From NCBI GenBank assembly GCA_030141605.1, contig JAQGDQ010000251.1:124001-188000 (forward strand): a stretch of DNA of 64,000 nucleotides, in the 5' to 3' direction. The DNA comes from Tubiluchus corallicola (Eukaryota > Animalia > Priapulida). Position 1 is the first letter of the stretch. Every line of letters starts with the position of its first letter. The position numbers and the translations under genes were made by a program. Of the stretch, positions 1 to 13,535 are shown one piece after another. Under the pieces are notes generated by a model. The model made no database searches. It was not told where the DNA came from and saw only the letters and a program-made list of their open reading frames with translations.

Positions 1-280
1 ACAGGGTGGCAAAAGACCAAGAGGTCACCTAGCACCCACCCTTATTTGTGCAACATTAATTAGTATGGTTAATTATGTGACACTAGTTGCAGCTTTGTAC
101 GAGACTCACTTAATTTGAGGAAAACAGTGCATTTAAATGACAAAATAAAAATAATAATAATAGTAATAATAACCATGCATTGAAATTAAAAAAAATTTAA
201 TAAAGGTAGTTGGAAACAGTTCGTCCAAAAGCAGTATGATCTCCAAATACTTATCAATTCATATAATTTAACTTGTTTAG

Positions 281-3200
281 GAACATATGGATAAAGAAAA
301 GTATATCAAGTCTGGTTATACTGATTTATCATTGTCAAAAGAGAAATTTGGAAGCTCTGTAGAATGCGTAGAAAAGGCTGTGGATGATTCTTCTGATCAC
401 AGATTAAGCATTTCAGCTCGGTTTCTGCAAAAATCACAGAATGGAAGTGCAAAGTAAGTGTTAATCGTCTTGTAATTTTATTCATGCGCTTTCTTTATGA
501 ATTGACTATTTTTCATTTTTGCAACATTTATGACATCTTTATAACATGCAATTATAACGGCCTTTTCTGGCGATTGCTTTTTACATTTTACTTGATGTGT
601 TTAATATTTTTTACTAATATCATTTTTTAATTTGTAGAAAGATTGGGTATGGAGGAAGCGGTGACAGATCATATTCTCCTAAAACCACAGTTTCTGATAC
701 GGTATGTGAAATTTTTTGCATGTACATTTTTTAATGTAGTTTTTATTATTTGCTAAGCTTTGAATATTTAATAATTTCAATATTTTTTCTATTCAATGCA
801 CGCATCATTGTGGATAAATGGTTTTTTCTACAATTGTGTATAATTATGGTGAGTTATGTGGAAGTGTTTAAGTTGACCTTTCTACCTATTTATTTTTCCA
901 CCAGTTATATCCCTCAGTAATTTTACTACCTATTTTGTAATGCTGCACAGCTAATATTCATCGAAAAGTCACAATTGGAGTTCTAATCGAGCAATAAAAA
1001 AGCTCTGCTTCGAACAGATTCTAAACGTGGTAGAATCTAAAAATTTCAATAGCCATAAATTACGTAATTTACACTTAAGGGTAATCTGAATTAACATAGT
1101 GCACACTTCGTTTATAATTTACTGGATTAGTTATTTTTTACATAGCATTGGTTTTTATAGTAGTTGGCTTATGCAGATGAACTTTGTCGACATAATATTT
1201 ATTCTTATTAAACTGATTAAACTGGCCTATAACACGAGAACAGAAATTTGTCCGCAGGCATCAGCCCATTTTATTTGAAACAAACAGATAAATTTTGTTC
1301 AAGTTTGAAACTCAAATTTTCAACTGGATTTGAATTTTTACCTAGCACCGCTGGCTATTTTTAAAGACGTAATTGAACACTACTGAGTGAAAAACTAGTA
1401 AACTTTCTAAACTACTCACTACCTGTTTTACTGCCTGATACGCTTGTTCTGTTTGTTTATTTAGCACTAAATTTGAAGTTTTCTCTTAACGGTCTTGTTT
1501 TTGGTGCAAATGCAGATTTTTATAGTTTGCCTTTGAACGTATATGATTTTTTTTTAACCAAATCTTATCTTTGTGATGTTTATTGCACTTTCTTCATTTT
1601 GTTTGTTCATTTTACAAAGCTCACTGTAAAACTGATCATGCATATCTTCATGGTTTTCATTTTGCAGTAATAAGGAAGTAATAAATTAAGCTGTATAACT
1701 GTGAATGTGCTGATTTACATGGATTGATCACAATATACGTCTTGATATGAATGTTTTGGGGGCAAATAATTGTCAATGTCAATTATAAATGTTCATTTAT
1801 CTTTTTAATTGCTTCGTTGGAAATAATTGTTACTACAGACTCAGAAGTTGTTGTAATCATTCTGTGCAGATTAAGTACATAAGTATCACTTTTAGTTCAG
1901 CGCTGTGATATTTTGCCTGTGTAAATCAGAATTCGCTTTAAGAAGGTTTCTTCCTGGTAATGTTAATCGTACATCAACAGGTTGCCACTTGAGAGTATTT
2001 GCTAAATTGAGTGGATAATCTAGCAGCTTTGCTGGAAATATTGTTTTTAGTACAGTATATAATTAATGTGCTGTAACTTAACTAGTAGTTAATTGGGTGT
2101 TTGCAGACTTTACAGAAGCGTACAGAGGAGTTGGGAAAAGCCATGGAAGCAACTAGAAAGCGACTGGAATCTGTAAGTTCGTTTTTCAACAATTACATAT
2201 GAGTAGTATAACTTCAGTGATTTCTGTTTTGTATATGTTTTTTTATCAACTTTTTTTATCAGTTGTCCAAAAATTTCACATTTGTGAAGTTGTCTTCGTT
2301 AATACAGACTCCTGATTATTTTGTTGCAAATTTTACAGCTGGGTTGGAAAGGTAGTCGGGGCAAACTGTCTGCGGACACAAATATTAGTGGTGACTACGA
2401 ACGTGAGACACCTTCTCCACCAACGAAAGATACGCCTTCAGAAAGTGGTAAGGATCAGTAATTGTTACTTTTGGTAAAAACCTTTTGCAAGCTTGCATTA
2501 GATTAGCTTGTCAGTTTTTGGTTTCTCGTGTGTACAGTCTTCTTGTGCATTTGTTTATTAAGGTGTGATGGCAAGAGATTTAAACAGCGGTTTGTAAATT
2601 TATTGAGCATTTTCCTGAGAAATCTTAAATAGTGGCTACTTGATACCACTGAAACTGGAATGTAATTTTTTCACAGATGTTGTACAGTTTGTGTCTACAT
2701 TAAGTATCACTTTTTTACATTCGTGGTTCTGTTTTTTATCATTCATATACTAAACGATTATACCAAAATTTTGAAAGCAAAAGTCTGAAATTGTTTTTCT
2801 TAGATTTTGTTGAGATTTGACAAAAATTTGTGATATACCAAAAACATAATGCTGAAGCTTAGGCAGCTTTTCTGCTTGGTGTTTGTTCTTACCTGTGTTT
2901 CTAAAGCAAATGGGTACTGTTGACTATTGATACTGCATCTATGACAACAAGATATTTCTTGCTTAGCATTTCTTTTCTGCTTTTAGAACTGCTGCTTCAG
3001 CGTGCTAAGTCTCTACCGGATGTTTCTGCTATCGGCACTCGGAGACGGGTGCTACCACCTACGCCATCAGATTCCAGTCAATCAACTGGTAAAGGCTCAA
3101 AACAAGTAGCCCGTACTAATGTTTACATGATCATAGGTACCGTTCATTTATGCTATGCCATGACTTGCAGTGGCATGGAATGGAATGTTGGTATCACTCG

Positions 3201-6200
3201 GACACGGCGGGCAAAATTACATTTTGTTGTTGTTTGAATTTTTAAGTTTTTTTTTTGAGTAATACTAACAAAGTAACAAGTTTTCCAACTGCCAGGTAAT
3301 CATGGTGTTAGTTTTAACATATGGTGTTTTATTAGTCACTCTCTAATTTCATTTTCAGTTTTCTTTGCGGGTAATCGATCAACAGCATTCATCTTGTGCA
3401 AAGCTCTTACTCAATAAATGTCAATTTTTTGACAGTGCATTCCAAAGTTTTGCTACCTTGTTGACTCTAGTGCACGAATGGCTATCTACAGAAAAAAGCA
3501 TAGTATATAAATGTGATTTAAAATTGCTGCAGTACTTTTATGAAGCCAAGTTCATTGCCACAACAAATTTTCAAGAATTGGATACTCAGCTGCCAAATTG
3601 TCATTTGGTTCACGTTATAATTTTTATTCATTTTTGGAAATGAGTAACTTTTGAAACACCTGATATTATAAGCTTATTTGATGTTTGATAGATTAACAAA
3701 GCCAAAGATTGTTGCATTACTGCAAGAAAAACTTCACTTGAATGATGAAGTTGGTTTTTGTTGGTGTGAGAGGTGGTCGTTGAAGTGACTTGCATATTTG
3801 AATCTACTGAATCTCCTTAAAATAGTTAGCACTTTTTGGAGGGTTTTTCTGAATCTTTGCATGGTGGTGCATGGTACTAACATGGTATTGTGTCATTGTA
3901 GCAGAAAATTAAAGCTTTGTAGGTACTTTTTATCCAAGTTCACTAATATTGATTAATATAAATAGTACTATTACTGTAGCGGTCCATAATTTTTTAACAA
4001 CTTTGAAGCCACAGATAGTTTTCCACTTTTTCTAATATTGTCAATTTGTCATTGTAATTGATGTTTCAATGGACATTGGATGAACTGAACTAATAAAAAT
4101 TGAAAGCAGCTGAGAAATCTATTTTCGTAATTTTTCTTTACTGTCATGCTAATAACAGCAAGTATTCTGGCACTTTTGTCTATACTTAAAATTGTATAAT
4201 ATCAGTGACATTTTGCTTAATATTTTTTGATCAATGACATACTTGAGTCAGACAAAACTGTATTAAATAAAATAATGACTTTATGCAGTTTGGTGTTGTT
4301 GAGGAATCCAAATGTCAGATGTTTGCCACTGCTAATGTTGAACGGCTCTGGCAAGATGAGAGCTTAGCTAATTTTTGAGAGTAATCCTTTAGGATGAGCC
4401 GCTAACTGCAGAGGTGTCTTTCAATGTTTAAATGTTTATATCTCCTTCACTGAGATAAATAGTCAGATGCACTATGAAACTTCCTAGAAGCGGTTTTCCT
4501 AATGTCTATCCAGTTATTAACAAGACTTCGTGTAGCTTAACTGTTGTATCCGAGTGTTTATGTGACCACTCAGCTGTTCATTTAGTTTCTTTTGCTTACC
4601 GTTGAATTCTAGATGAAATTTAATAATATTTATTGATTTTTTTCAGCAGAAACAAGGTCTTCTCGTATGAAGAGAAGCAGTAGCCAGCAAGATGTTAATA
4701 AGCCAGCTCGTAGTCCAAGTTTTACCGGCTCGACTCGGTCTGGAGGCGTTCCATCGTACGCACAGAGTACATCTAGTTCTCAAGCTAAAATGGCAAAAAG
4801 CAGGTATAGTAGAATTCATTATTATTTACCATTATTCATTATTTTTGTGTTATAACTGTGATTCTTTTGTGTGCAGTTTTAATTTTGGTGAGTGTTTAGC
4901 TGCATTTTTACTAGACAGTGTACCATTGGATATAATACAGCTAAATTTAAAATAACCTTAATTGTTTCTACAGATCTATAACGAATCTGCCAGATGCATC
5001 GCAAGATGCTGAACCCAAGAAACCGTCCCGATCTCAGCAAAGATACAAGCGGCTAAGCTTCATGACTGCTAAATCCACCCCTAATTTAGCAACTGATGTC
5101 GATAAGAAGACCGTAGGAGTCGACGACCAGCAAGCAAAGGAGGACGTGTCGGTCACCGTGACCCGCCGCGCTTCCATGTCCGCATCGGCTGTGGAGGGAA
5201 AAAGTCGACAGGAAAGAGTCGCTGAGATGCTGAACAAGCAGCCACCCATTGAAATCAGAGCAGATGCCATGTCTAGAGTAACAGAAAATGTTAGCATCAC
5301 AACAAAGCGACCGCCAATGGTACCTCCAAGAAAGAAAGCTGTGCCTGGAGAACGAAGTCCAATGGAACTACCAGTGAAAGATACGTCGCCGAGTCCAGTA
5401 CGGAAGGGAGATATGACAACAAGTGCCACCTATAGTTCATCGCCGGTACTAACAAGGAAAACACCCGACAGAAAGCAGAGGCACCATGAAATGTCTCCGC
5501 AATCTGAGAAAGGTGCTTTAACTTTCTTATTAAAAAAGAAATTTAACTATATGCTAAATTAAGCAGGTTATAGTATCTATATTTATAGAATATATGTATG
5601 ACTGTATGTTGTAAAGCATAAGTTATTTCTGTTGGGTATGTGATAGATAGCATAGTCTCTTGTACAGTTAACTAGCACAAAGTCACCTGAATTTTTTCCA
5701 CTTCTAGTTTTGATTATGTTGTCATGTGTGAATGTCTCGTATTGTATAGTCAGTTTGATGCTAACTTTATTCTGGCTTTATAGATCCGACAGTGGAAATT
5801 TGTATCGAGCAGCTGCAAAATGCTACACAAAATGCAATCTGCATGTATGACAAGGTAATGAAAATGCTTTCTATAAATTATTTCTTAATTACACTAAGAT
5901 TTAGAAACTCATCTCAAACTTTAAGTATGCATATAATTCTATAGCTTTTCATTGGATGTTGTGAATTATTATTTCAATTGCTCAGTGCTGGATGTACGCT
6001 TAGTTTTTTCTAGCCAAAAATTAGCACTAGTTTTTTTGACGACAAGTTCTTTTGTACTCGACTGTTTTGTAGATATTTGTAATATTGTAATAGTGAAACA
6101 GAATTATATTATCCTTTGAAGTTGTGTGTAGGTTTTGAGGTAGCGCAGTTCGAATAACTGCATTACATCGATGTTTTTCAACAGTAACAAATTCGCTAAC

Positions 6201-7303
6201 TGTAACAAATATAAACAATCTCATTCACAAATTTTGGTATTGATTATAATTTTTCAGGTGGTTCAGTCAGAAGCTCTCAAAAAGGAGGAGAAGTTAGACA
6301 AACTGAGGCGCCTTGCTTTATCATTCCAACAGACCCAAGATGTAATTGCCAGGTAACGTTGAAAAGAGATACTTTCTAAATTCAGTGTAATTCAACTATA
6401 AACTTTTTAATTCAGTATTCCAGTGGCTTACAGTAATTTCTATATTTGCCCATCACCTTGTTTATTATTTAGTTTTTTTAATGTGTTACGTCATGTCATT
6501 CCTGAAAACCAGAATCCGGCATTCTGTAACAGCACCTACTCAATGAGATGTTTGTGTCATGTCTAGAACCTAGCTCACAGTCAGGGATATTCCTGTAAGA
6601 TGAGCCACTGGACTGGCAGAGATGTGTCAGCCATGTTTGATGGCACAAAAATGTACATTTGTCTGCAACCTTGTGCTGTAGCAACCAGCTAGTGCTATAT
6701 TCATGAAATTATCCCAAGGTGGCTCCAGGGCTTGACATTTACTACCCATTGTTGAATCACTAACTGCCTATAATTATTGCTTCAACATTAATGAAAGAGA
6801 AACCACCTGCAAGTCTAGCTAGATATTCGTAAGAAAGATACGTGGTTTCAAGCAAATAGAAAGAAATTAATCAGTAGCAATATGAATAAAACTCGTAAAA
6901 TGTTTAATTTAATTTAATGTGATTTAAGCAGCATTGATTTTTCCCTCTGGAACGTATCTCAGTTCTTTTACAATTACTTTCTCTGGAAGTCTTGGTTTCA
7001 TTTAACGACGTTTCCCTTAACATCTCGTTTTGCTGGAACGCATTAGCATCATTAAGCGAGGATTTAGTGAAAAAAAAGTATATATTTTCTGTATTGTTAG
7101 TATTAATGTGACTTCTTTCATTTAGATGCGCATCTAAGCACTTGGACAGCATATCATTGACTGAATTGAACGCTCTACAAGATTCGTTAGCTAAACGTGC
7201 CAGTGATCCGGACACGTCTGCCGTCATGCTGCAGCAATACAATTCACTCCTTTTCAACCTTCGTGTGCACAAAATGCAATCTTCACCAGCTTCTGATGTA
7301 TAG
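281..7303 (+). CDS. WDR62: WDR62/MAPKBP1-family protein, 3' part (5' end upstream of window); 10 exons
   Basis: Phase-consistent GT-AG exons: 281-453, 638-701, 2107-2172, 2339-2447, 2987-3088, 4647-4803, 4974-5512, 5784-5854, 6258-6352, 7126-7303 (TAG). The translation has DKEKYIKSGYTDLS...RLSISARFLQ, a long S/P/R-rich disordered stretch, CIEQLQNATQNAICMY and C-terminal MLQQYNSLLFNL. These match motifs I recall from WDR62/MAPKBP1 C-termini. It is probably the single invertebrate pro-ortholog of both genes. WD40 repeats are not in the window. Confidence 0.75.
6650..7069 (+). mobile_element. Truncated copy of pogo/Tigger-like MITE (family A)
   Basis: Aligns by eye with 29740-30108 and ends in a degenerate right TIR (GCATTAGCATCATTAAGCGAGGATTTAGTG). 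The left end is not recognisable. Confidence 0.7.
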
Positions 7304-10162
7304 GTCTGTGTTGTAAACTTTAGATTTTTGTAAAGTAAAATCACCTTCAGGGTGAATACATCTTCAGAATTAGTGGTAATATGCACAACCTTTGAACGTG
7401 CATTTGCATTAAACATTAAGTGAAGAGCGCATCTACTTTCACTGTTGCTGGTATGCTCATAGAAAATTCCGCACACCACAGCATTGAATTATTCCCAACA
7501 AGTTTGTAACAATTGTTGTAAGATTAGGTTGTCTATGCAAGGTGTTGTCATCCATGTACTAATTGTGATATTCTAATTCAGCTTTGTAGCCATTTTTGTA
7601 TATATATTCTTTTTTATTGGTGCAAACTTTCTGCATTATTATAATTCATTAAACGTTCTATATTAGCTTATGTTAAACATTCCTGTGTTTTTACTAATAT
7701 ATGGCAGCTGGTTGTTCTGTTATGACAGTGTATGGATTGATAGCATGTAATTATTAATGTGTTAGTTGTAATGTAAATACTAATATGGACAATTGGACAT
7801 GGTGCTGCTTTTCATACTGTTCTTAATTTGCTCACCACGCTTCAAAGCGAGGGAGCATAAGTTATACTTATTTATCGGCATGATGCGAATAACATACATA
7901 AATAAATCTTGATCTTTTACTAGATGTAGTGTTACTACGCCTCTCAGGTTGTAATACGAAATACAAATTAACTATGTTGAACGGACACGGTTTTGCTATA
8001 TTTTTAATTAAAATACGTCTCACCTTTTATACTAATGTTTGCTACTGCATTTAATTAGTACATAATTAAATTTACGTTATTGTTTAGGAGTTGTGTATAC
8101 TTCAGGCTATAACTTATGTAATGTTTTTAACAGTTCATGGGCTGAATGCACAACTTGGGACACGAGTCTCTTGTTTGTTGGAGCACAATCAAAATATTTC
8201 TTGTCTATGTATTTTGTATTTAAACATTAACCAAGTCACATTGTATACTAATTATTGTGTAAATAAAACCACTGCTCCTGTTGTAAATTTAGACTACGTT
8301 TAACTACAGTAGTACTTTTGTGACTGTAACAGTTGTGATTGTTTACTCAAAGTATGAATCATTAATTTTAGTAATTCCCATAACTTGTTGGTAGTCAGCC
8401 AAAACTTAAAAACGTTGAACTGCTTGTTATTTAAGTTAAGTATTTAAATTATTGACATGTCAAGAGGTACTCCATTCTTCAAGCAATGTTGGTTGTTCGC
8501 AGGCACTACCATTATCCACATAAGGAATCATTTTTTTAATTAGAAAACAGTGCAAAGTGTTTATAGAATTACCAATTTTTTAAACAAAGTTCTCATTGGA
8601 ATGATGTTAGTTCCACTTTCAGGTGGAAACCTTCGATGGGTGCATTTTATTTGGTAATCTATCAAAGTAGAACATTATATAGGATACTCTGACATTAGTA
8701 CTGTAACGTTTGTTGATCTTGGAAAGTTAAAACAATAGATTACCCAATAATTAATGCTGTTATCATTACATTCCATGATATATGCATTTACCTAACTAAA
8801 TTAAAAGTTGTTATTTTTGTGCCAGAATGACAGTTAACAGCTTGTAATATATGTAACAGTAGTAGTTTATGAATGCCACGTAAAAATACAATTGTACAAC
8901 CAGCAGAGCAATATAGGATGGTAGTCTCTTTCATATTGTCAAAGATGCTAAAAGATTTTTGGGACATATTTGTCAGCTGTGTTCATAGAGTAATATACAT
9001 TACACACAGCTATTATGTGATTTACTCTTATGGTATAAAAAGCTGTTATATTGAAACATCATTACTTATTAAACTGAAGCTACTTTTATCAGGATTTTAA
9101 CAAAGGAGCTGATGCAAGTTATGATGTATAATGTTACCCATGCAATGCTTGTAGAAAATACTTTCATATTAAAATTAATGTTGTTTTATTTGTTATATCG
9201 TTTGCGTTAATTCAAATGGCCCTTATTAAAATAATAATAATCAGTTGTGTTGTGTTTTACAAAAAATACTTTAAACATCTGAAATGTACTAAACATATTG
9301 TGAATCATAGATTTTTTACCATTGACAGTTATCAAAATGTTTGCACTCACAATCCAAATAGAAATAGAAATACAAGATTACAACATCTTCACGATAGATT
9401 ACTAGATATACAAAAAACATTCTGTAGAAAAGCTTGTTAAATTTTCTTTCTGAAGATTATCGTATTGGGCTATTTCAGGACAACACGTTCATAATCAAGA
9501 GCAACAAACAAAAATTATCATGAAATAATCACAAAACAATTTAAGCATTGACTAGTTACAGCTGGAACGCAGTTTTTATAACTTAAAAGAAGACAACGGT
9601 GAAGAAAATAAAGGCAAATTAAGCAATTAATTATTTTATGTAACAGTGCAATGCAAGATAAAGTAACACTACGTATAAAGTGAAGCTTTTATATTAATGA
9701 TTATTTTAAATTGAGAGCTGCAAAAATGTAGTTAAGGACTTCAATTTGCGCTTGTTCACCTCTGTGGGCAGTGTAGACTGTGGACTGAGTGGGAAAGGGT
9801 TAGCGTAAGTAAGTAAATAAAAAATTTATTTGTCTCTGAATTTTACATAATAAGCATAAACAAAAGGTAAAAAAATAAAGACGGAAAAGAGACGGGGTGG
9901 CGAAGGGCGTAAAATTTCCTAAATCGTGTAGTGACAAAATCAGCGATCACTAAGCAGTGCCACTTAGTAAGCATTGTCATGTGTTTAAAGACATACCATA
10001 TTGCCAATTTTGGCATGTTTGCAAGTTGCAGTTTGAGAGTTTGTTGATTGACTTATAAATTTGCGTGGAGGTATTTTCTGATTTTTTTTTTATAAATTTT
10101 GCTTCACAGTAGACTTTCTTGATTTACTCTACGTTTTTATTGATTTATTTTTCGGCCTTTTT

Positions 10163-10176
10163 GTTTCTTTAGCAAC
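10163..10176. promoter_or_regulatory. X-box-like (RFX) site in the putative first (5'UTR) intron of KIFBP
   Basis: GTTTCTTTAGCAAC has one mismatch to GTHNYYATRRNAAC. It lies about 90 bp after a candidate 5'UTR donor (GGAG|GTATTT at 10070/10071). Confidence 0.3.
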
Positions 10177-11453
10177 TGGCAAAAGCACAGTGCTAGGGTT
10201 GTGAAACTCCCAGGCACAGTGTGTGGGAAAATTTTAGTAGGGTGCTGAGGAACACCAATGCATCCTTTGTCGAGTAACAGTGGCTTTTAGTATACAAAAC
10301 AAAAGGGATGTGTGAGACGAATTAAATGATATGAGCTATGCCCAAATTACTGCCATTACTTTGCATTAGGGGGTAAAAACAGAAATAAGAAATCGGGGAG
10401 ACAAGTGTTTCCTTTTCAAGAAATGACAGCTTGTAGTACATCACATAAAAGATCTTGATGAGGCAAATTGAATGGTATGAGTTATGGTTTATTCTTGACC
10501 CAATTAGTGGTGAAAAAACCAAAATTGGATGTTGGAGAAACAAATGCTTCCAATTTCGAACAACAGTACCTTGTAATACATCAAGTGAATGGTCTCAGTG
10601 AGACATACTGAATGGTTTGATTATACCTAGAGTGGCTGACCTGGAAAGGGACAATAACCGAAATTCGGAAGTCATGAGACGAATACTTCCAGTGTCAAGA
10701 AACATTAAGTTGTTATATATCAAATTAAATACCTGGATGAGACATATTTAGCAGTATGAGTTGTGCTCATATTGATTGGCCTGTGACTTTGAGGTTGCAG
10801 GTTAAGGATTACAATCACAGTTTTAGTATCTTGTAGTAAGTCAACTGAAAAGTTTTAATGAGCCAAATTGAATCGTGTGCATTGACATATGTTTGGTTGA
10901 TTCTTGACCCACATGTCAAAAACTGACAAGTTCTGATTTCATTAAAACTGTTTATGCCAACCATAACTCTTCTTACATACGTTGTGTTAATTATTTTGAA
11001 AACCCCTTTTTACTTGTAAATACAGAACAAAAGCTGTCGTTTAAAAGCATCACTGTTACAGAAGCAGAATCTTACTACAGTTTATGGCACAGTCAGACGT
11101 GTTTACTAGTTCATACTCTGTTCTGTTTAAATTCAAATTTATTTATTTTCTTAAACTGAATTCGTGCGAAATATGCAACAATGTACATAATATACATGTA
11201 ATAACAAGGTGTAAGAATGCACTATCCAATGTGGTTCAGAACAGAGTGGGCACAAATTATTACAGTATGATCAAATGATTTTTAGATACAATTTCGCCTT
11301 CAAATTATTATGATTAAATTAAAAATACCATTAATTTTCAGGACAAAGGAAGATGGTGTAACACGAAAAACTCACCAAAATACTTGTAAAGAAAGCTATT
11401 TGCTTCAGTTTTTTTTATCTAATTTATGTAATTTTTACAATTGTTTTAGGAAT

Positions 11454-13220
11454 ATGGAATCTGAAACTCTTTATCAATATTTGTCCAATGAAGGCCTTGA
11501 TCATATACTAAAAGTAAAGCATCTTACTGAAGAAGAGGCTACGAAAGATCCAATAACCGAACCTTATAAGTCGAGATATGCAGCAAGAGCGTTACTGTTA
11601 GTAGTTAAGTCAAACTTGATAAGATTCAACAATATTTCTGATTCGTCGGATTCAAGATATTATTATGCTTGTGCTGGCGTAGAATTGTTGCTTGGAGAAA
11701 ACTTTATTGCAACAGAAGAGACCTCTAGTGGCGAAGAACATTTGTCTAAATGCATTGCACTTTTAGAAGGGAAAGTTTTGTCTCCTGGAGGGTGTTTCCT
11801 AGCAATAAAAGCTCTGAATCAACTTGGGTTGCTGTGGGCTGACAGAGATGAAAATGAAAAGAGTATTCAGTTCCTCTCAGAAGCTGAAGATATCTTCAAG
11901 AAATATGTAAATGAAGTGGGAAAACCAGTACAAGATGTTGAAGATATTTTCAAGGGCTGTGAGTCAGAAAATGTAGTTGAACGATTTCAACAACTAGAAA
12001 AGGCCTATACGCTAACTCTGTATTATTTAGCGCAAATGTACACAAAGACTAGCGAACTCCAGAAGTCTGCCTACTACTGTCAAAATACTCTTAAACGGCA
12101 ACTGGAATTGAAGGACTATGACGTACTAGAGTGGGCAATAAATTGTGCAACATTGTCTCAGTTTTATCTGCAGAGGAATACATTAAGCCAAGCGAGACAT
12201 TGCTTAGCTAGTTCAAGCTTTATATTAAGTCAGGCTGCAAAAGTTGAAAAACCACTGGGGAGCAAAGATGAAGATGCCGAACTGAGGTGGGAGAATTATG
12301 CAAAAAAAATAGCTGATGTAGCTCGTTGCTGGAGCAAATATGGCGTCTTTCTGTTGCAAACTTCCCGGGATAAATTGATAGATGAAGTTGTTGACCCGCC
12401 AACTAATCAAATGAACGATGTTTCATTAGAAGATACTCCAGACAAGAGCAAAAAAGAGTTTGTTTTTGACACTCTAGAATTAACTATCTATGAAGAACAA
12501 GTTACTGATCAACTTGTTGTCACGTTCGATGCTGCAAGAGAAGTGTTTCTCTGGACACAAACTCGTTTGAATGAAGCAAAGGAATACTATACTTTTGAAG
12601 ATCACGCATCAGACAGTATAGAAATTATTCAAGATCATAGCTTACTGTATAAGCTGCTTGCATTCTTTGAAGCAAATTATGATCGCAAGTGTAAAATGCA
12701 CAAGCGTAGAATAGATATGCTGTCAGCAGTGCTGTCTGAATTAAATCCTGATTATTATCTAGCGGTGTGTCGGCAGCTGCTGTACGAAATTGCTGAATCT
12801 TACAGTGAGCTAATTGACAATAAATTTGCAATTATTGAAGAGCAACAGGTACAGCCAAATTTCCATGCTGTGAGTAAAATCAATAGTCTTGTTAAAGAGT
12901 GTATTAAACATTTTCAGAAATTTGTGGATACTTTTAAGAAACCTAATGATGAATTCCCGCAGCAAGTCGATGATAATCATGTGAGACCATTCTTGCTAGC
13001 GCACTTCTATATGGGTAGGCTGCATTCCAAGTTTATTGAAACTGATTCAAGAAAAAGGGCTGCCTTTATACAGCAGAGTATAGATTGTTATCAGTTTTTG
13101 GTAGATTACTGTGAAAGAAATCCCGAGGCTTCAGCAAAAGTTGAAAGCGAGCTAGATCTGTGCAAAGAAATGGTTCATTTGCTTCCTGTAAAAGTACAGC
13201 GCATTTTGTCAACACGTTAA
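11454..13220 (+). CDS. KIFBP: KIF-binding protein (KBP/KIAA1279), TPR-like; single coding exon, 588 aa
   Basis: Long ORF with family motifs DPITEPYKSRYAARALL, LGENFIATEETSSGEEHL, YTLTLYYLAQMY, EWAINCATLSQFY, KMHKRRIDML and ELDLCKEMVHLLP. The likely start is ATG 11454 (MESETL), just after the acceptor TTGTTTTAG| at 11449. The 48 upstream codons of the track ORF look intronic. Confidence 0.93.
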   Translation: MESETLYQYLSNEGLDHILKVKHLTEEEATKDPITEPYKSRYAARALLLVVKSNLIRFNNISDSSDSRYYYACAGVELLLGENFIATEETSSGEEHLSKCIALLEGKVLSPGGCFLAIKALNQLGLLWADRDENEKSIQFLSEAEDIFKKYVNEVGKPVQDVEDIFKGCESENVVERFQQLEKAYTLTLYYLAQMYTKTSELQKSAYYCQNTLKRQLELKDYDVLEWAINCATLSQFYLQRNTLSQARHCLASSSFILSQAAKVEKPLGSKDEDAELRWENYAKKIADVARCWSKYGVFLLQTSRDKLIDEVVDPPTNQMNDVSLEDTPDKSKKEFVFDTLELTIYEEQVTDQLVVTFDAAREVFLWTQTRLNEAKEYYTFEDHASDSIEIIQDHSLLYKLLAFFEANYDRKCKMHKRRIDMLSAVLSELNPDYYLAVCRQLLYEIAESYSELIDNKFAIIEEQQVQPNFHAVSKINSLVKECIKHFQKFVDTFKKPNDEFPQQVDDNHVRPFLLAHFYMGRLHSKFIETDSRKRAAFIQQSIDCYQFLVDYCERNPEASAKVESELDLCKEMVHLLPVKVQRILSTR

Positions 13221-13535
13221 AGTTAGTGGATACTTGATTTAGATCTGGTACCTGTTTTTAGCAACATGTGGTAGGTTAATATAGTGCAATAGCTAAATAC
13301 ATTTAGACTCTTGTATACAATAAAGATACATTACATTTCCTAATTTAGTATTTATTTCTTGAGCTTAGCTATTAATGCCTATCGTAATGTTATTGCAGCT
13401 GTTTTGTTATTATTATTGCATTTTGTGTGCTAACACACTTTGATGTACTTCTCAGTGTAGACACTGTAATGTTGTTGCAGCTATTTCACAATTATTGCTT
13501 TTCATAGTAACATTCAGTGAACGGTGTGTTGCAGC

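Noticed and set aside
5034-5429. 131-aa minus-strand ORF (and 6904-7479)
   Set aside because: Antisense shadows of WDR62-like exons and a MITE.
11310-11453. N-terminal extension of the KIFBP ORF
   Set aside because: AT-rich with a polypyrimidine tract and acceptor at 11449; family similarity starts after ATG 11454.
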